From Candidatus Heimdallarchaeota archaeon (GTDB lineage: Archaea > Asgardarchaeota > Heimdallarchaeia > Heimdallarchaeales > Heimdallarchaeaceae): a DNA stretch of 64,000 bases. Below the pieces are notes generated by a model, which had not been told where the DNA came from, did not search any database, and saw only the letters and a program-made list of their open reading frames with translations. Where the stretch lies: NCBI GenBank assembly GCA_030603365.1, contig JAUVXV010000013.1, forward strand, positions 1 through 64,000, in the 5' to 3' direction. Every line of letters begins with the position of its first letter. The stretch's first letter is position 1. This document shows positions 40,533 through 50,048 of the stretch, piece after piece. The position numbers were made by a program, and so were the translations under genes.

Positions 40533-41984
40533 GTGTTTACACGCCGTGGTGGCTGGCTAATCTTTGCTGGAATTGTGATGATTAGCGTAGGCTTTGCACT
40601 GGCTGGTTATTTATCGTTAAACGTTATGTTTGATTCGTTTGGATTGAATCCACAACCTAATGATACTTATGTAGATCCAGGAGTATCTCAAGGATTTGGT
40701 GTAATGGACTTTCTTCATTTCTATATGGATAGGGCGGGGACATTAATCTGGTTCTTCATAATTGGAGGCGTAATGTTAATCTTTTCAGTACTCTTAGGTT
40801 TGCCTTTCTATAGGTTAGGGGCTAATCCCAAATCAATAGAAATCAAAAGAAGAGTATCCAAACCTAAAGCTTTTGCTGGAGATTATCTCTACATTGAAGT
40901 AACTGCCAGAAATAAGTCTGTAAATCAATTACCAACAATAGAAATTTATGATGCAATTCCAGAGGTTTTTGATCTAGTTTTAGGAGAAAATTTCATAGTA
41001 ACGCAACTGAATCCTAGACAAACCATATCCTATGGGTATGTTGTACGAATACCTATTCGAGGATTATTTGAGATTGGACCAACTAAGGTTATAATCAGAG
41101 ATCGAATGGGTTTCTATGCAACCGAAGGTAAAATTAGATCAAAAACAGAGATACTTGTTTATCCAAGCTATGAAGATATTAAGAAACTAGAGATGGTTGG
41201 TAAAAAACGTCAATTAGGGCTTCTATTTGGTGTGCATAGGACTAAGCTAAAAGGGATGGGTACTGAATTTTGGGGTATCCGTAAATATCAAACTGGTGAT
41301 GCTTTCAAATTCATTGATTGGAAAGCTTTCTCTCGTTCTGGTAAAATGATGGTTCGCGAATTTGAGTCTGAAGAAAATATTCGTCTTCTTATCATGATCG
41401 ATTCCTCTGCTAGTATGGGGGCTGGTTTACCTCGAAATACCAAACTTGAATATGCTATCCGTAGTGCTGTTCTTCTCATTCATCTGGGTTTCGAGAAGAG
41501 AGATCTTGTTGGTTTGTGTGTTTATGGTGATAAGGTGAGGAATTGGGTAGACTTAACTTCTACTAGAACTCGTTTATTCCAGTTCCTTGAAGTATTAGCT
41601 CACACTAAACCTGAAGGTGAGTCAGATCTAGAAACTGCGATAGCGTATGTTCTTCAGAGGGTTAAACGTTCTGCTTACATAGTTATACTTACCGATCTTG
41701 AATCTCATCCTGAGCGCATGATTCAAGCAATTAGAAGAGCTAGAGCTAGGAAACATAATATAACTGTTCTATCACCATTCGGTCCATGGTTTGAAATTGT
41801 TTCTCAACAGCTTTCACCAGTAGAACAGATGATTGGCTATGCTATGGTCGAGAAACAATTAGGGGAACGCCAGAATATGTTTAAGATGCTACGAAGATAT
41901 GATGCAGTTTCAATATCTGTTGGTCCAGATGATTTCTTACCAACAGTAATGGCTCAATTCAATAGGATGCAAAGACAAGGGTGA
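40533..41984 (+). CDS. DUF58 / vWA-like MoxR partner (module 2)
   Basis: EFWGIRKYQTGD..FIDWKAFSR, REFESE and a canonical MIDAS IDSSAS. Confidence 0.9.
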   Translation: MFTRRGGWLIFAGIVMISVGFALAGYLSLNVMFDSFGLNPQPNDTYVDPGVSQGFGVMDFLHFYMDRAGTLIWFFIIGGVMLIFSVLLGLPFYRLGANPKSIEIKRRVSKPKAFAGDYLYIEVTARNKSVNQLPTIEIYDAIPEVFDLVLGENFIVTQLNPRQTISYGYVVRIPIRGLFEIGPTKVIIRDRMGFYATEGKIRSKTEILVYPSYEDIKKLEMVGKKRQLGLLFGVHRTKLKGMGTEFWGIRKYQTGDAFKFIDWKAFSRSGKMMVREFESEENIRLLIMIDSSASMGAGLPRNTKLEYAIRSAVLLIHLGFEKRDLVGLCVYGDKVRNWVDLTSTRTRLFQFLEVLAHTKPEGESDLETAIAYVLQRVKRSAYIVILTDLESHPERMIQAIRRARARKHNITVLSPFGPWFEIVSQQLSPVEQMIGYAMVEKQLGERQNMFKMLRRYDAVSISVGPDDFLPTVMAQFNRMQRQG

Positions 41985-41990
41985 AAAAAA

Positions 41991-43499
41991 ATGGAATCAT
42001 TATCAGATACAAGAGTTATTGACCTTGGAATAAGAGGAGTTCAACGAAGGATTAAGGGCGCAAGAACCCAAACAGTGATTACACATGTAATTGGAAGATC
42101 GTTAGCAATAGGAGCTATAGCTTGGGTACTAGTGCAAATCTTCACTCTCATAGCCTTTGATGACCCTGCTAGATTCCCTGAAGGATATTTTATTGATTCA
42201 CTTTCATTCATTTTTGTGTTAATTGAGTTGATTGCTATTATAATATTTACTGCCCCATTGATGATTTTTGTTGCATTTCTAGGAGATGATGCATCGGGAA
42301 TTCTATTAGGTGCAAGAGCTTTCCTTACAGGAGACCTATTTGGTAGTATTAGTCCTCCATCTGGGGTGGATAGTAATCTGCTCTTTGGAAGTACAGCATT
42401 AGACATATTCTCACCATTTGTGTATCTTTTTGGTGGAGAAATACTCCAGCCACTAAGAATTGCAAATCGAGCATCATTCATGTTATTTTTCATAGTAATT
42501 CTAGTAATAGCTCTTGTAGCATTCCTGTTTAGAGCTGAGATGCGATCTGCTGCTGCTGCATTCATTAGTATACAAGTTATCATCTTTCATGGAAGTGTAC
42601 AACGACTGTTCAGTTCCAGCTTTAGTTTCTCACCAACAAATAATATAGGGGAGCTCTTTTCGAACAGTGTAGTTCTGATTGCACTCTCGTCGTACTTATT
42701 CCTAGAAATAGCTTTACAAATCTCGTATATCTCGCAGCTACTCAATCCAGCGCAAAGTAGACAACAGCGTGTACTCAGAGCACTTACTAGATTAAATGAT
42801 TTTAGGCTTGGAGTAACAACAAGTCCAGCTCAGCAACAAATTGTGACTGCTGAATCCGATGAAGATGGTGACGAACGACAGTCTACAAAATCTATTGGAA
42901 GCACGGGGAGTTCTATTGCACGTAAATTTGGTGTTGCGGGAATGACTTATTTCTTAGAAAAAGCTTCTGATTCATTATTTTCTCGTCCAGGCGGACAACA
43001 AGATAAACTAACTTCAAGGTTACAGAGATACCATGATGGTTTAGTACACAGTGATCCAAGAGTAGATGAGAAGCTTGTTGGAGCAGAAGTTACAGTTAAA
43101 CCACTAATGACAATAGTATATGTACTCACATCAGTCGTGTTTAGAGTTTTCATAATGTTAGCAGGATTGTATGCAATACTTAATCCAAATGTTTTATTAT
43201 TTGTTTTAAGATATCCAGAGCCAATTTACAATTCACTAGAGATGTTGCAACCTGAGGGAGTAGTGTTATTACTCATTCCTATTGTAGTAATAATCTTATT
43301 GCTTACTTCTCTAATTGGCTTCATACAAGAAAGATTCTCAAAAAGATTTGAAGATGCTCTAGACCCAATGTTAGCTGACCAAGAATTCTATGAAGAAGAA
43401 CTTCCAGGGATTATTACAGAAGGAGAGTTAGAACCTATAACTGAAGAAGAGATGTTTTATGATAGACTCTCTGAAGAATTTGGGGAAGAAGAAGATTAA
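41991..43499 (+). CDS. Multi-pass membrane protein with an acidic C-terminal tail (module 2)
   Basis: About seven TM helices, a large cytoplasmic loop and a strongly acidic tail (EEEMFYDRLSEEFGEEED). Confidence 0.78.
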   Translation: MESLSDTRVIDLGIRGVQRRIKGARTQTVITHVIGRSLAIGAIAWVLVQIFTLIAFDDPARFPEGYFIDSLSFIFVLIELIAIIIFTAPLMIFVAFLGDDASGILLGARAFLTGDLFGSISPPSGVDSNLLFGSTALDIFSPFVYLFGGEILQPLRIANRASFMLFFIVILVIALVAFLFRAEMRSAAAAFISIQVIIFHGSVQRLFSSSFSFSPTNNIGELFSNSVVLIALSSYLFLEIALQISYISQLLNPAQSRQQRVLRALTRLNDFRLGVTTSPAQQQIVTAESDEDGDERQSTKSIGSTGSSIARKFGVAGMTYFLEKASDSLFSRPGGQQDKLTSRLQRYHDGLVHSDPRVDEKLVGAEVTVKPLMTIVYVLTSVVFRVFIMLAGLYAILNPNVLLFVLRYPEPIYNSLEMLQPEGVVLLLIPIVVIILLLTSLIGFIQERFSKRFEDALDPMLADQEFYEEELPGIITEGELEPITEEEMFYDRLSEEFGEEED

Positions 43500-43510
43500 C
43501 CAATCTTCAC

Positions 43511-43647
43511 TCATTTTTTCCTTTCATTTTTTTTGATTTTCATTATTTTGTAACAATATTTTTCCAGTGGAAACAATAAGGTACTTGTTGGAAAGGTATT
43601 ATTTACTTGTTAAGAATAAACAAAAGAATAAAGAAAGAAGAAAAAAA
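43511..43647. terminator. Convergent T-rich terminators
   Basis: A T-tract on + after module 2 and an A-tract (T on -) after the EF-2 gene. Confidence 0.5.
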
Positions 43648-43649
43648 GT

Positions 43650-45881
43650 TTAGGTTCGTTTATACATGAACCTTTCCCAGTTAGAAACATCAGGGACTTG
43701 AGGAGATAATTCTTTACGAGTACGAATAGACTCGATGATTTCAGTTTCAAGATTAATGGGGACACGTTCGAAACCTGTAAATTCATAACCAAAGAAAGCT
43801 CTACCTGAACTGCTTCCTCGTATTTCATCTGCTAGATCAATAGTTTCGGCAGTAGGAACCTTTCCCCTTATTCTAGTATTTTCACCCTCTTGTATCATAT
43901 CTAAAATTATACCTCTATGTTGTGTAATCACTTTAGACATATTTCCTACATAATCTGCAGGTACTTTGATGTCAATTATGAGCATTGGTTCCAAAACTTG
44001 TGGTTCACTTGTAAGGAATGTTGTATGAAATGCTGCTAAGCACATTTGGAAAATTTCGGTAAAACCTGTATGGGCTGGATCTACGTGAACTGTTGCATCT
44101 GTGATTGTAAATAATGCTCCCATGAGAGGCTCTTTAGCCAAAGTAGCACCTTCACAGAAATCATGGAAAATCTGGATGATATAGGCCTTAATATTGTCTA
44201 ACCTTTGAACACCAGTTGTAGCATCTATTATCATATTTGAGTCTTTAATGTACCAAATTCTTCTTGCCCTTTTAGCTTCCCAACCACCTTCTTGTTGAAG
44301 AAGATTAGCTCTTTCTCTCCTATCTTGGTCATTATGTACTTTTCCTGATTTTATCAAATCTATAGATGCTTGATTCAAAGGTTGAACATGAATCATAAGT
44401 CTATTATGACCATTTGGAGATTTAGCATGAACGTTAATACCCATCTTTGTTGGCACTTCTCTATAAACTATAATTGGGTCGCTAACATCTATTTGAACCT
44501 GTTCTTCAATTCTGGTAACCAAAATTTCTATCTGTAGAGGATCTATACCTGAAAGAACATATGTTTTAGACTCTTGGTCGTGTCTAAAAGTTGCTGTAGG
44601 GTCAGCCATAATCCACTTCGAGACAACTTCTCCTAACTTAGCAATATCTTGAGGATCTTTTGGTTTGATAGTTCTACTAACAACAGGTTCAGCAACATAA
44701 GAAATTTCTTCGAATGAAGTTAAGTTACCTTCCTCCCCTTCTCTAACAAAAGTTTCTCCTGCTGGAGTAATGAAACCATAAATAGCAAAAAGATTTCCTG
44801 CAGGAACCTCATCAACATCAAGTATATCTGTAATTTCCATTACTCCAAGTCGCTTTATTCTGGCAGTGGTTTTTTTACCCATCAAATACAACGTGTCAGA
44901 GCTTCTGAGTGTACCTGAAAATACTCTTCCAATTAGTGTAGGTCTTTTTGATTTTGGTTCAATAAAGATTTTAGTGATCATTCCCATTAATGGTCCATCT
45001 CTATCACAATTCATCAAAGATTGGCCTTCAGGAGAAGATAAATCTCCGCCCCAAATGGCAGGAATTTTCATTTTTTGGCCTTCTACAGGGTTTGGTAGAT
45101 GTTTAATTACCATTTCTAATAGTGGTTCTTCTAAAGGTAGGTTTTCTCTTAACCATGCTTTATCATCATGTTCATATTTAGCAAAAACATCTTGAGGTTT
45201 GATTTGCAATCTTTTTAGAGTGGTCATATTAAATGCCCAGCCATCTTTTGCACTTCCAATTGCAACAGAACCATCAGCAAATGAGACTTGCCAATCTTTA
45301 ACTGAATCTTCAGGAGCGTTATCTCTGATGAGTTTGTTCACACCATTGAGAATGTTATCGATTTTTTGAAAAACATCTGCTGGTGCTAACTTTAATTCAG
45401 AAATAAGTCTGTCAACTTTATTAATAAACAAAACTGGTTTACATTTTTCATTCAAGCTTAACCTAATGTTTGTTTCAGTTTGGGTCATAATTCCTTCAAG
45501 AGCATCAACAAGGATAATTACACCGTCACTACCTCTAAGAGCTCTGCTTACTTCTCCTGTGAAGCTTATGTGTCCTGGAGTATCATTGATTTCAAATAGG
45601 TAAGATTGAATATCTCCATTTTCATCTTCAAAATCATAGTTTAGCAATACAACTGAAGTAAAGATAGTAATTCCTCTCTCTTGTTCTTCTTCATCTGAGT
45701 CCATCATAACTTTGACCCCAGCGTCCTTATCACTCATAAGTCCAGCTTTTCTTAGTAGGTAGTCGCTGGTAGTTGTTTTACCATGATCGATATGTGCAGA
45801 TATAGAGAACACTCTTCTTAATTCCATAGGGTGATTCTTAATCATATCACGAATTTCTTCTGGATTCTTTACACGAACCAT
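43650..45881 (-). CDS. Elongation factor 2 family GTPase, probably the divergent Asgard-type paralogue (aEF-2p)
   Basis: AHIDHGKTT, ERGITI, DTPGH and NKVD. The diphthamide loop reads HVDPAHTG rather than HRG, and no rps7/rps12 genes are adjacent. Confidence 0.85.
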   Translation of the reverse strand: MVRVKNPEEIRDMIKNHPMELRRVFSISAHIDHGKTTTSDYLLRKAGLMSDKDAGVKVMMDSDEEEQERGITIFTSVVLLNYDFEDENGDIQSYLFEINDTPGHISFTGEVSRALRGSDGVIILVDALEGIMTQTETNIRLSLNEKCKPVLFINKVDRLISELKLAPADVFQKIDNILNGVNKLIRDNAPEDSVKDWQVSFADGSVAIGSAKDGWAFNMTTLKRLQIKPQDVFAKYEHDDKAWLRENLPLEEPLLEMVIKHLPNPVEGQKMKIPAIWGGDLSSPEGQSLMNCDRDGPLMGMITKIFIEPKSKRPTLIGRVFSGTLRSSDTLYLMGKKTTARIKRLGVMEITDILDVDEVPAGNLFAIYGFITPAGETFVREGEEGNLTSFEEISYVAEPVVSRTIKPKDPQDIAKLGEVVSKWIMADPTATFRHDQESKTYVLSGIDPLQIEILVTRIEEQVQIDVSDPIIVYREVPTKMGINVHAKSPNGHNRLMIHVQPLNQASIDLIKSGKVHNDQDRRERANLLQQEGGWEAKRARRIWYIKDSNMIIDATTGVQRLDNIKAYIIQIFHDFCEGATLAKEPLMGALFTITDATVHVDPAHTGFTEIFQMCLAAFHTTFLTSEPQVLEPMLIIDIKVPADYVGNMSKVITQHRGIILDMIQEGENTRIRGKVPTAETIDLADEIRGSSSGRAFFGYEFTGFERVPINLETEIIESIRTRKELSPQVPDVSNWERFMYKRT

Positions 45882-46013
45882 TTTTATCACATAATTGTGC
45901 TATGAGGCTTTTTCAAAAACTTATATTATAAATATAATGATTTTTGCGAATGTCCAAGATTGTTTTTGTTCTACAAAGATTTATTATCCTATCAAATAAT
46001 TAGTTCCTTGCAA

Positions 46014-47165
46014 ATGGTTATAGTACGTGGAAACGCTTTAATTGGACCAGATTTGGAGTTTATTGAAGGCATAAGCATTCATGTGGATGAAAACGGTATA
46101 ATCACAAATATATCCAAGAAACAAAGCTCTGCTAAATATGTTTTACCTCCTTCTTATGTAATTGTTCCAGGTTTTATTAATGCCCATACCCATGTTGCTG
46201 ATGCTTTTATTAAGGATTATACTTATGGTTTATCGCTTGAAGAAGCGGTTGGTCCGAATGGGATAAAACATTCCAAACTAAGATTAAGTTCATTGCAAGA
46301 TAAAGCTGAGAGTATAAGAAATTCTTTGGAATTATTAATAAAAAATGGTTATACTACCTTTGTTGATTTCAGAGAAGAAGGTATAGAAGGAATTAGACAA
46401 TTAAAAGAGGAATTGGATGACTTTCCGATAAGAGGTTTAATATTAGGACGAAAACATGGCGAAGATGATTTATTAGATGTTTTTGAACAAGCTGATGGGC
46501 TCGGTTTTTCTGATGTTTTTTCAATTAACAATGAATCTATGACTCAAACAAAGATTCTGAAAGAAAATAACCCTGAGAAAATCATTGCTATTCACGCATC
46601 TGAGTCAATGGAAACTATTTCCGAATCCCTTACTCAGTTTGGTAAACCAGATATAGAAAAAATATGTGAGTATCCGTTTTTTGATTTTGTTGTTCATGCA
46701 ACATACTCAAATGAAAACGATCTATCTCTTCTAAAGAAAAACGACATAAATGTAATCACTTGTCCTATTTCAGCCCTCTATCACGGTTTGAAATTTCCTC
46801 CTATTGCGTTAATGCTCAAGAGCAAAGTTTTACTTGGTTTAGGGACTGATAACACTTTTTGCTGTAACCCTGACCCATTTAGACTTATGGCATTCACATT
46901 GTATTCTGCACGTAGTAATTATCAAAATGTATCACCTAAAGAAATTCTAAAAACTGTTACAGTTAATCCTGGATTGATTGTTAAAAGACAGATAGGTCAA
47001 ATTACTGAAGGGTATAGTGGAGATTTCATCGGAATTGATTTGAATAGTCCTAACACTAGATATTCAAAGGATGTTTATTCAGCTTTGACTATGCGCGCAG
47101 AACCTAGTGATATAGGCTTTCAAATGTATAAAGGAAAGGTTGTAAAATGGAAAGACCAAAAATAA
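46014..47165 (+). CDS. Amidohydrolase-superfamily metal-dependent deaminase
   Basis: PGFINAHTH, FVDFREEG, IHASE, VVHAT and GLGTDN. Confidence 0.85.
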   Translation: MVIVRGNALIGPDLEFIEGISIHVDENGIITNISKKQSSAKYVLPPSYVIVPGFINAHTHVADAFIKDYTYGLSLEEAVGPNGIKHSKLRLSSLQDKAESIRNSLELLIKNGYTTFVDFREEGIEGIRQLKEELDDFPIRGLILGRKHGEDDLLDVFEQADGLGFSDVFSINNESMTQTKILKENNPEKIIAIHASESMETISESLTQFGKPDIEKICEYPFFDFVVHATYSNENDLSLLKKNDINVITCPISALYHGLKFPPIALMLKSKVLLGLGTDNTFCCNPDPFRLMAFTLYSARSNYQNVSPKEILKTVTVNPGLIVKRQIGQITEGYSGDFIGIDLNSPNTRYSKDVYSALTMRAEPSDIGFQMYKGKVVKWKDQK

Positions 47166-47818
47166 TTGTTAATGTAGCTTGCTCTTTAGATGGTGTAATC
47201 GCGTCTAATAAAGGAGCTTTAATCCTGTCGACTACAGAAGATTGGTTAAGAGTACATGAACTCAGAAATTCAGTGGATGCGATTCTTGTTGGAATAAATA
47301 CTATTGAGAAAGATGATTCTTTGCTAACCATTCGTTATGTGACACCAAAAACACCTCACCCTTTGCGTGTTATATTAGATTCTACGTGTAAAATACCTCT
47401 TACAGCAAGAGTTTTGACGAATTTAGAAATATATCCTACTTTGATAGTAACCTCTAAAGAATCTTCTGATGAAAAAATCAAAAAAATAGAAGAACTTGGG
47501 GCTCAAGTCCTTAAGATAACTAATAAACAACATCCCAACTATCTTAGCTTAACTGAAATCCTTCAGAAATTAAAGCAAGAATTCAATATAGAAAGACTAT
47601 TGGTTGAAGGTGGTTCGAAAATAATTACCGAGTTTCTCAAGTGTAAGTTAGTGGACACTATGCACATATTTTATGCAGCATTATTTGCTGGAACAATTAA
47701 TGCTAAACTTTTGTATGATGAAAAGGTTGTAGTTAATGTGGCTGATACACTAGATTTTGAATTAGAAAAAGTAGAACAATTTGAGGAAGGCTTTGTAGTC
47801 ACCATTAAACCAAAGTAG
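47147..47818 (+). CDS. RibD C-terminal-type reductase (2,5-diamino-6-ribosylamino-pyrimidinone 5'-phosphate reductase-like)
   Basis: ACSLDG.I, VHELRNSVDAILVGINT..DDSLL.R and LLVEGG. Confidence 0.88.
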   Translation: MERPKIIVNVACSLDGVIASNKGALILSTTEDWLRVHELRNSVDAILVGINTIEKDDSLLTIRYVTPKTPHPLRVILDSTCKIPLTARVLTNLEIYPTLIVTSKESSDEKIKKIEELGAQVLKITNKQHPNYLSLTEILQKLKQEFNIERLLVEGGSKIITEFLKCKLVDTMHIFYAALFAGTINAKLLYDEKVVVNVADTLDFELEKVEQFEEGFVVTIKPK

Positions 47819-48922
47819 TTGAGAGGTATGGAAACAGAAAATATTCTCTCCTTATTGCAGAATAATAAGGAAGAACTGTTCCTAAAGGCTAAAGAAAAAA
47901 AAGGGCAATTCTATAACAACATTGTAACATTTTCGCGAAATGTGTTTGTGCCTGTAACTCGTCAATGCAGAAATAGATGTGGATATTGTGGCTTTGTGTC
48001 AGATGATGCAAGTAGTTGGATTACTCCAGACAAATATCAAATTTTGCTTAAGAAATCTAAAGATGCAAAATGCAAAGAAATTCTGCTCACTTTAGGAGAA
48101 AAACCTGAAGAGAAATATCAAACAGCAAAAGATTTCTTACTTAGTCATAATTTTGAATCTACTGTAGACTATGTTAATTCCTTCTGTGAAACTGCATTAG
48201 ATAATTTTCTTCTCCCGCATTCAAATTTAGGAATTTTATCTTTCGAGGAACTTAAACTCCTCAAGGAAACAAATGCTAGTATGGGACTTATGCTTGAAAC
48301 AAGTAGTTCACGTTTGATGGAAGCAGGAGGAGCTCACCACTATTCACCAGGAAAGGATCCATCTGTACGTCTAGAAACACTTTCAAATGCTGGAAAACTA
48401 AAGATTCCATTTACTTCTGGAATTTTAATTGGAATAGGAGAATCTTGGGCTGAAAGAATAGAGTCTCTTCAAACAATTGAGAAAATTTACAAGAAATACA
48501 ATAATATACAAGAGGTTATTGTACAGAATTTTAATCCCCAGCCTAATACTCCTATGTCTGATTGGTTATCTCCCACTGATGAAGAGATTTTACTAACTTT
48601 GTCTATAGCTCGCATCGTCTTATCTCCAACAGTTAATATTCAAATTCCACCTAATCTAAACAAAGACAGAATTGTGGAAGCTTTAGATTCAGGCGCTAAT
48701 GATGTTGGTGGTATTTCTCCCCTAACTATTGACTATATTAATCCTAACATGGATTGGCATGAAGAAAAAATGCTGTATAAGCAATTGGGAGATTATAATT
48801 ATGAATTAATAGAAAGATTACCCGTTTATCCTCCTTATGAAAAATATTTAAACACTCGATTGAGAGAGATAATTGAGGATTATCACCACAATGAAGAAAC
48901 TCTCTACTCCAAAAATCGATGA
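47819..48922 (+). CDS. cofG: FO synthase subunit 1
   Basis: TFSRNVFVPVTRQCRNRCGYC, LLPHSNLG, SMGLMLE, HHYSPGKDP and QIPPNL. Confidence 0.92.
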   Translation: MRGMETENILSLLQNNKEELFLKAKEKKGQFYNNIVTFSRNVFVPVTRQCRNRCGYCGFVSDDASSWITPDKYQILLKKSKDAKCKEILLTLGEKPEEKYQTAKDFLLSHNFESTVDYVNSFCETALDNFLLPHSNLGILSFEELKLLKETNASMGLMLETSSSRLMEAGGAHHYSPGKDPSVRLETLSNAGKLKIPFTSGILIGIGESWAERIESLQTIEKIYKKYNNIQEVIVQNFNPQPNTPMSDWLSPTDEEILLTLSIARIVLSPTVNIQIPPNLNKDRIVEALDSGANDVGGISPLTIDYINPNMDWHEEKMLYKQLGDYNYELIERLPVYPPYEKYLNTRLREIIEDYHHNEETLYSKNR

Positions 48923-50015
48923 AATGTGTGATTTAAGCTCGTTTAGAGCAACACATCAAGATGAAATTAAAGAAATAACTCAAATGCTTAAAAAAAGAGG
49001 TGGAGAGTTATGGATACAGACTTCAGTAGCAGATGAATTACGTACCCAACAATCTGGAGACGAAGTCACCTTTGTTGTTAATCAGAATATCAATTTCACT
49101 CAACACTGCATAGGATCTTGTCGTTTCTGTTCTTATAGTATAAAACCTGGAACTGTCAAAGATAAACCTACAAGGATGTCATTGGATGAGATAAGAATTG
49201 AAGCAGAAAAAGCGGTAACAAGAGGTTGTACTGAGTTATGTATTCAAGGTGGTTTAGATTCAGAACTAGATTATGAGTTCTATATTAACTTACTAGAAAC
49301 AATAAAATCAGTTTCTTCTAACCTTCACATCCACGGTTTTTCTCCTTCAGAAATTGCTTTTATGTCCCAAATCTCTGAACTAACTGTAGAAGATGTTTTC
49401 AAAGATTTAATGTCACATGGATTGGATTCTTTTCCAGGAACAGCTGCAGAAATTTTGGTTGATGAAGTAAGAAGGAAAATCTGTCCAGAGAAGATATCAA
49501 CTAATCAATGGGTCAATATAGTTTTACTTGGACATTCTTTAGGATTAAAATCAACAGCAACAATGATGTACGGACATATTGAAACATATCAAGAAGAAGC
49601 TGAACATCTGGCTATTCTCAAATATATTCAAAGCAATTCAAAGGGTTTTACAGAATTCATTCCTCTAACTTTTGTTTATCCAAATACAGTATTATACAAA
49701 TATTTAGGAGCAAGACCTAGTAGTACAGGAATGCATGATTTAGCTCTATTTAGTACGGCAAGATTATATTTAGGAGAATCTTTCTCCAATATTCAGGCTT
49801 CTTGGGTTAAACTAGGACCTAAACTAGCTCAAATATCTTTGAATGCTGGTGTCAATGATTTTGGTGGAACTTTATTTACAGAGAATATAACAAAGAGTGC
49901 AGGGGGAACTTTTGGAGAAGAAAAAAGCATCGAGGAATTTGTTGACTTAATTAGAGATGCGGGTAGAATACCTGTTCAACGAGATACTATGTATAGTAAG
50001 TTAAATACCTATTAA
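48891..50015 (+). CDS. cofH: FO synthase subunit 2
   Basis: VTFVVNQNINFT.HCIGSCRFC, PGTAAEIL, TATMMYGH, NIQASWVKLG and NDFGGTL; adjacent to cofG. Confidence 0.9.
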   Translation: MKKLSTPKIDEMCDLSSFRATHQDEIKEITQMLKKRGGELWIQTSVADELRTQQSGDEVTFVVNQNINFTQHCIGSCRFCSYSIKPGTVKDKPTRMSLDEIRIEAEKAVTRGCTELCIQGGLDSELDYEFYINLLETIKSVSSNLHIHGFSPSEIAFMSQISELTVEDVFKDLMSHGLDSFPGTAAEILVDEVRRKICPEKISTNQWVNIVLLGHSLGLKSTATMMYGHIETYQEEAEHLAILKYIQSNSKGFTEFIPLTFVYPNTVLYKYLGARPSSTGMHDLALFSTARLYLGESFSNIQASWVKLGPKLAQISLNAGVNDFGGTLFTENITKSAGGTFGEEKSIEEFVDLIRDAGRIPVQRDTMYSKLNTY

Positions 50016-50048
50016 GGATAAGCCAAGTTTTAAATTAAATGAAGTGCT

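Noticed and set aside
42041-43153. Antisense ORFs of 180 aa and 68 aa
   Set aside because: They lie fully opposite a coherent operon gene and are typical reverse-frame shadows. The same applies to the other short nested ORFs in the track.
48891-50015. MqnC/MqnE (futalosine pathway) instead of CofH
   Set aside because: Direct overlap with cofG and the presence of cofE favour FO synthase.
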